NCBI RefSeq assembly: GCF_009914755.1
Contig: NC_060935.1
DNA: 64,000 nucleotides
Source of the DNA: the human T2T-CHM13v2.0 reference genome, Homo sapiens
Direction: 5' to 3' (one strand)
In this document: piece after piece, positions 59,825 to 64,000 of the stretch
Position numbering within the stretch: the stretch's first letter is position 1
Layout: the number at the start of each line of letters is the position of its first letter
Position numbers and translations under genes: made by a program
The notes under the pieces: generated by a model
The model's input: only the letters and a program-made list of their open reading frames with translations
Database searches by the model: none
Told to the model about the DNA's origin: nothing

Positions 59825-60057
59825 TGTTTGCTTTTTTTTTTGTTTGTTTGTTTGTGTTTGAGACAAGATCTCACTCTGTTGCTCAGGCTGGCGTCCAGTG
59901 ATACAATCACAGCTCCCTGCAACCTCTGCCTCCTGGGCTCAAGTGATCCTCCCACCTCAGACTACCAAGCAGTTCTGACTACAAGCACAGACCACCTCAC
60001 ATGGCTAATTTATAAATATTTTGTAGAGATAGGGTTTTATCATGTTGCCCAGGCTGG
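59825..60057 (-). mobile_element. AluJ, 5'-truncated
   Basis: ctcctgggctcaagtgatcctcccacctcag (J-type); highly diverged. Confidence 0.9.
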
Positions 60058-60224
60058 TAATCTTTGTTTTTTTAGTTGAAGATATTAATCCATTTATATT
60101 TAAGTTTTAATTTTAATTAATTTATTTTCAGTCCTAAAATTTCCATTTAGTTATTTAGTTATTTTATACATCTTCTATTTCTCTGCTGAGGCTTTAAAAA
60201 AATGTGCTTTAAGTGTGTTTGTTA

Positions 60225-60532
<308 letters not shown>

Positions 60533-61159
60533 TTATTGTTTTTTGAAGCATTTTTCTCATTTCTTTTTAAAAACCTTTGTCATATAATTCTAAGTCTAGG
60601 CTTCCCATTGGCCTTTGCTGGCATGAGTGGGATGGGGTCACAGTAGGTTCTGTGCCTTTTGGTGGGAGTAGAGTGGTTATTATCTAAAAAAGCTTTCTAT
60701 CTTCCTAGGCCACTCCTTTCTTGGTCCTTTGGATAGGGAGGCTATTTTTAATCTGTGCCCATTGGTATTTCTGGTTGCTGGCTGCTTCAGCTCTACATAT
60801 GGGATATATGAAGAAAAAGAGAATGCAAGAAACTTGACATTGTGCTGTTTTGGGGAGCCCTGAGGTCCCCAGGTGGTCTACCATTTTCTCTCCATCTGTG
60901 TTTGTTTTACATATATTCTGTCCAGTGCTTTTAGTTATACTTAGCAGGAAGAATATGGAAAGTTATGCCCTCTTCATCTTCCTGGAAGCAGAATTATATC
61001 CATATATTACATTTATAATAAGAAAAACATACATATTTTAAGGAAACAAAACAAAATGACTTAAATTACAGCTAGAGTCATTTGAGTAAATCAAGACGTG
61101 CTTGTCTGATTCAATACAGAGATAATAAAATTGGTGGCCATGGTAGTGAGTAATGATTA

Positions 61160-61400
61160 AAAATAATAGCCACTTGTTATTGAGCACATGCTATGTGGTT
61201 TTTACATATTCTCCATTTGTATTATTCCTTACAGAAAACCTGGGAGGCCAGCATTGTTCACATTTAACAGTGAAGTAAACTGAGAAACAAACAGAAAATT
61301 TCCCAATATTATACTACTAATGAGTGAAACAGCAGGGGCTCAAATCCTAGCCTGTCTTAAACCAAAACCCATGCTATTAATCCCTGTGTTTCACTGCCTC
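61160..61400 (-). mobile_element. MIR SINE
   Basis: ttattgagcacatgctatgtg...catttaacagtgaagtaaactgag...ggggctcaaatcctag. Confidence 0.7.
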
Positions 61401-61569
61401 TGTAGACTGTCTTTTAGAAGATGGAAGACTGGAGGTACTTAGGTGACATCCTGTGGAGAACAGGAAATGTTTGATGTGACAGCAGTCTCCATTATCTCTG
61501 GTTTTGTAGAAAGCACTTAGGGCCTCCTTGAAGGGAACTATTTTTTGCCTACATTACCAAAGGCATTTC

Positions 61570-61750
61570 TACGGAACTTTTCATTTTATATGATTCCTTA
61601 AAACAACCTTGAGATGTAGGTGGAAGCCAGACTCACTGTGAAACAGATGGGGAATCTGTAGCCCAGCAAGGTCAAGTGACTTGTCTAAGACCATATGGCA
61701 TTTAGTGCTGGAAGGAGACCTGGAAAGCAGGAGCTGGTACGCTTTCCACC
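61570..61750 (-). mobile_element. MIR SINE
   Basis: aacaaccttgagatgtagg...acagatggggaatctgtagcccag...aagtgacttgtctaagaccata. Confidence 0.7.
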
Positions 61751-63734
61751 AGCTCCCAGGGCTGCGTTCAGCTTGGGCTGTGTACCGTCACTTGGTTCTT
61801 ACCAAGCAGAGTTCTTTCTAGTTTAGACAGGGCCTGCTGCAGTTAAATCAGGGCCTCTCCTCCAGCAGCCTCCTGGCTTGCACCAATTTGCAGACTGTAT
61901 CTGATGGAAACCTTATGTGGAACAAAAAAACAAACCTGAAAAGCCAGGCCCATCTCAGTATCTCCATCCGCTGGATAAACATCTCCAAGACAGACGCACA
62001 GAGAGGTCAGACTCCCTTTGCCAAGTTTTTAACCTAAAGTTTGGAAGCAGCTTGCATTTTCCATAGAGCAGTAAACTATTTTCATTCCTTTTACAATGAA
62101 TGACTCCTTATGGGGTGATAATTTACTTTTAACCTCTTTCAGGACCTGATGATTTTGCCTTCTTGCCTGAAAAGAGTTGTGGGTTAAAAGAAAAGTCCCA
62201 TTTCTTGAAGTTTTCTTCTTTCCTATCTTTCCTTTTCCCCCTTTTGAAAGCCTGCTATGTTTGTTTCAGAGCTTTGGGAGTCTTTGGAGCCTTGCCTCTT
62301 TATTTGGAGAGAACTTGGCTCCTTCGTGTTGCCCCCATTCCTCTGCTGAATCTAATCTGACTGTTCTATTTATAATTCTTGAACAAGATGAATCTAGTCT
62401 TTGTGTTTCTTTCTGAGCAACAGCGTCCCCTCCCTAGGACTTGAGCCAGTTAACCTCTGTAAGAATCTCTTTAATTTCTCTGCAAATTGCCAGAAAGCCG
62501 GCAGCTGAAACCCTATCAGGTCCTGGATCATATCAGACCTGCTTTAAACTGGCACCCTCCTCCATCCTCCAATCTCCTGGGAGCTGATTTAGGAACAGGG
62601 CCGTGCAGAGAAATTCCCAGCAGCACTTTGGTGACGCCAGCGCAGTCTGGGAAGTCTGACAGGGAGGGGCCCACTTTCTGGAGGACGGGGAGGCTCTGAG
62701 ATAGAAACCGTGCCCACTTCGAAGCATGTGTTGGTTCCTCCCAGATCCCTCAAGGTTTATGTATACATTATGTGCTATTTATCCTTAAACCTAGACTCAT
62801 CATATTATTTTTCCTGGAGACCATCTAGCCGAAACCTCCTGTTTTATAGAGAAAAAATATGGAAACTAAAAGAGTCATACAGCTAGTTTGTCTAAGAGTT
62901 AATACTGTAATATAGGTTTCCTACCTTATCCATACCTTCATGAGCTTGTGAAGGCATTATTTTGATTCCGTGGACATGAAACCACTCCAATTAAGTGCAT
63001 TCTTTTTATATGTTCCCTTTCTTCTACTTCCTTTCTTTATTCCCTGTCTCCCATTCTCCATTGTTACCGAGTTCTCTCTCCTACACCCAGTACAGCTCTC
63101 TCTTTTTTGAGGGGTCTCACCAGCCTCACTGGGATGTTAACAACTAAGGTTTGAGAAAGAGATGAGTCTCAGCAGCCCAGGTCTAGAGTGGACAGATCAG
63201 TGAGTCCATGGAAACATCTAGAGCTATGAAGGAACTTTCTGAGGTCACACCGCAAGTTAGTGACCAGACCAGGATTAGAGCATGAGATTCTCTTTTTTTC
63301 TGTCTGCTGAGTTCTACTCTACTCAAAAGTTCTGCTGCCTCTGTGTGGTTCCCAATTCTGATCTGGGTCTGGCATGTCCATTTAGACAATCTTTTTTTGG
63401 TCAGGGTTCTCTCTGACCAACCTGACTTTTAACCTCACATTCATTTGTAATAGAAGAAAGTTAAATCATACCCTTAAATTCAACCACGTTTTAACCTCAT
63501 TTGCCATGAGTGTCCCGTTAAGACTAAATAACAAAGGGCCAAAATATTTACTTTGAGCTCCATAACATAATTGGTCTTCTTTCCTGTCATGATAAGCTAA
63601 GGTGGCCTTACAAGTTTTCAAGGATCAGGAATCAGTGTGCCCCACTGAACACATATAAAAGTATATTTACCCTTTAATTTAAAGCTATTGAGACCCATTT
63701 GAATATAACACAAATGCTACTTTAAACCAAGCCC

Positions 63735-64000
63735 CAGCCAGCCACTAATCTGCTTTGGGTCTGTGGTTTTGCCTTTTCTAAAAGTGTCATATAAATGGTG
63801 GGATACAGTATGTTGTCTCTTGCGTCTGGTTTCTTTCATTTAGAATAGTGTTTTAGAGGCTCATCCAGGATATTAAATAAAACATTAGTTTCTTTTTATT
63901 GCTGAATGCTATTTCATTTTATGGCTGTACCATTATTTGTTTATCCACTCACCAGTTGACCATTTGGATTGTTTCCAGCTTTAAATTATTACAAATACTG
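63735..64000 (-). mobile_element. L1M 3'-end fragment (runs off the window)
   Basis: gccactaatctgcttt...catataaatgg...atacagtatg...ttatccactcaccagttgaccatttggattgtttccag. Confidence 0.8.

Overview
Primate (human-like) non-coding genomic DNA, intergenic or deep intronic. I could not recognise any protein-coding exon or name the locus. Most ORFs in the track are Alu or L1 translations or chance ORFs. A large share of the window is transposon-derived: about 20 Alu/FLAM copies, several L1s, many MIR/L2/L3 relics, hAT-Charlie and Tigger MITEs, and MaLR LTRs. The L1s include an 11.5-kb nested L1-in-L1 stack at 49.4-61.0 kb. Repeat-free islands look like cis-regulatory elements: about 16.4-17.6 kb, 19.5-20.6 kb, 32.6-32.8 kb, the CpG-rich 42.4-44.0 kb and 44.6-44.9 kb. 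The most notable observations are: a BC200 (BCYRN1) retropseudogene with a 15-bp TSD lying head-to-head 32 bp from an Alu; a probable fossil RTE-type reverse transcriptase at about 31.6-32.1 kb; an unexplained ~35-bp inverted repeat around an AT-rich spacer at 31.0-31.2 kb; two Alus inserted serially at the same endonuclease site; and several local duplications. I found no convincing evidence for a new biological system. Repeat subfamily names come from my recollection of consensus sequences, and boundaries are approximate unless a TSD is quoted.
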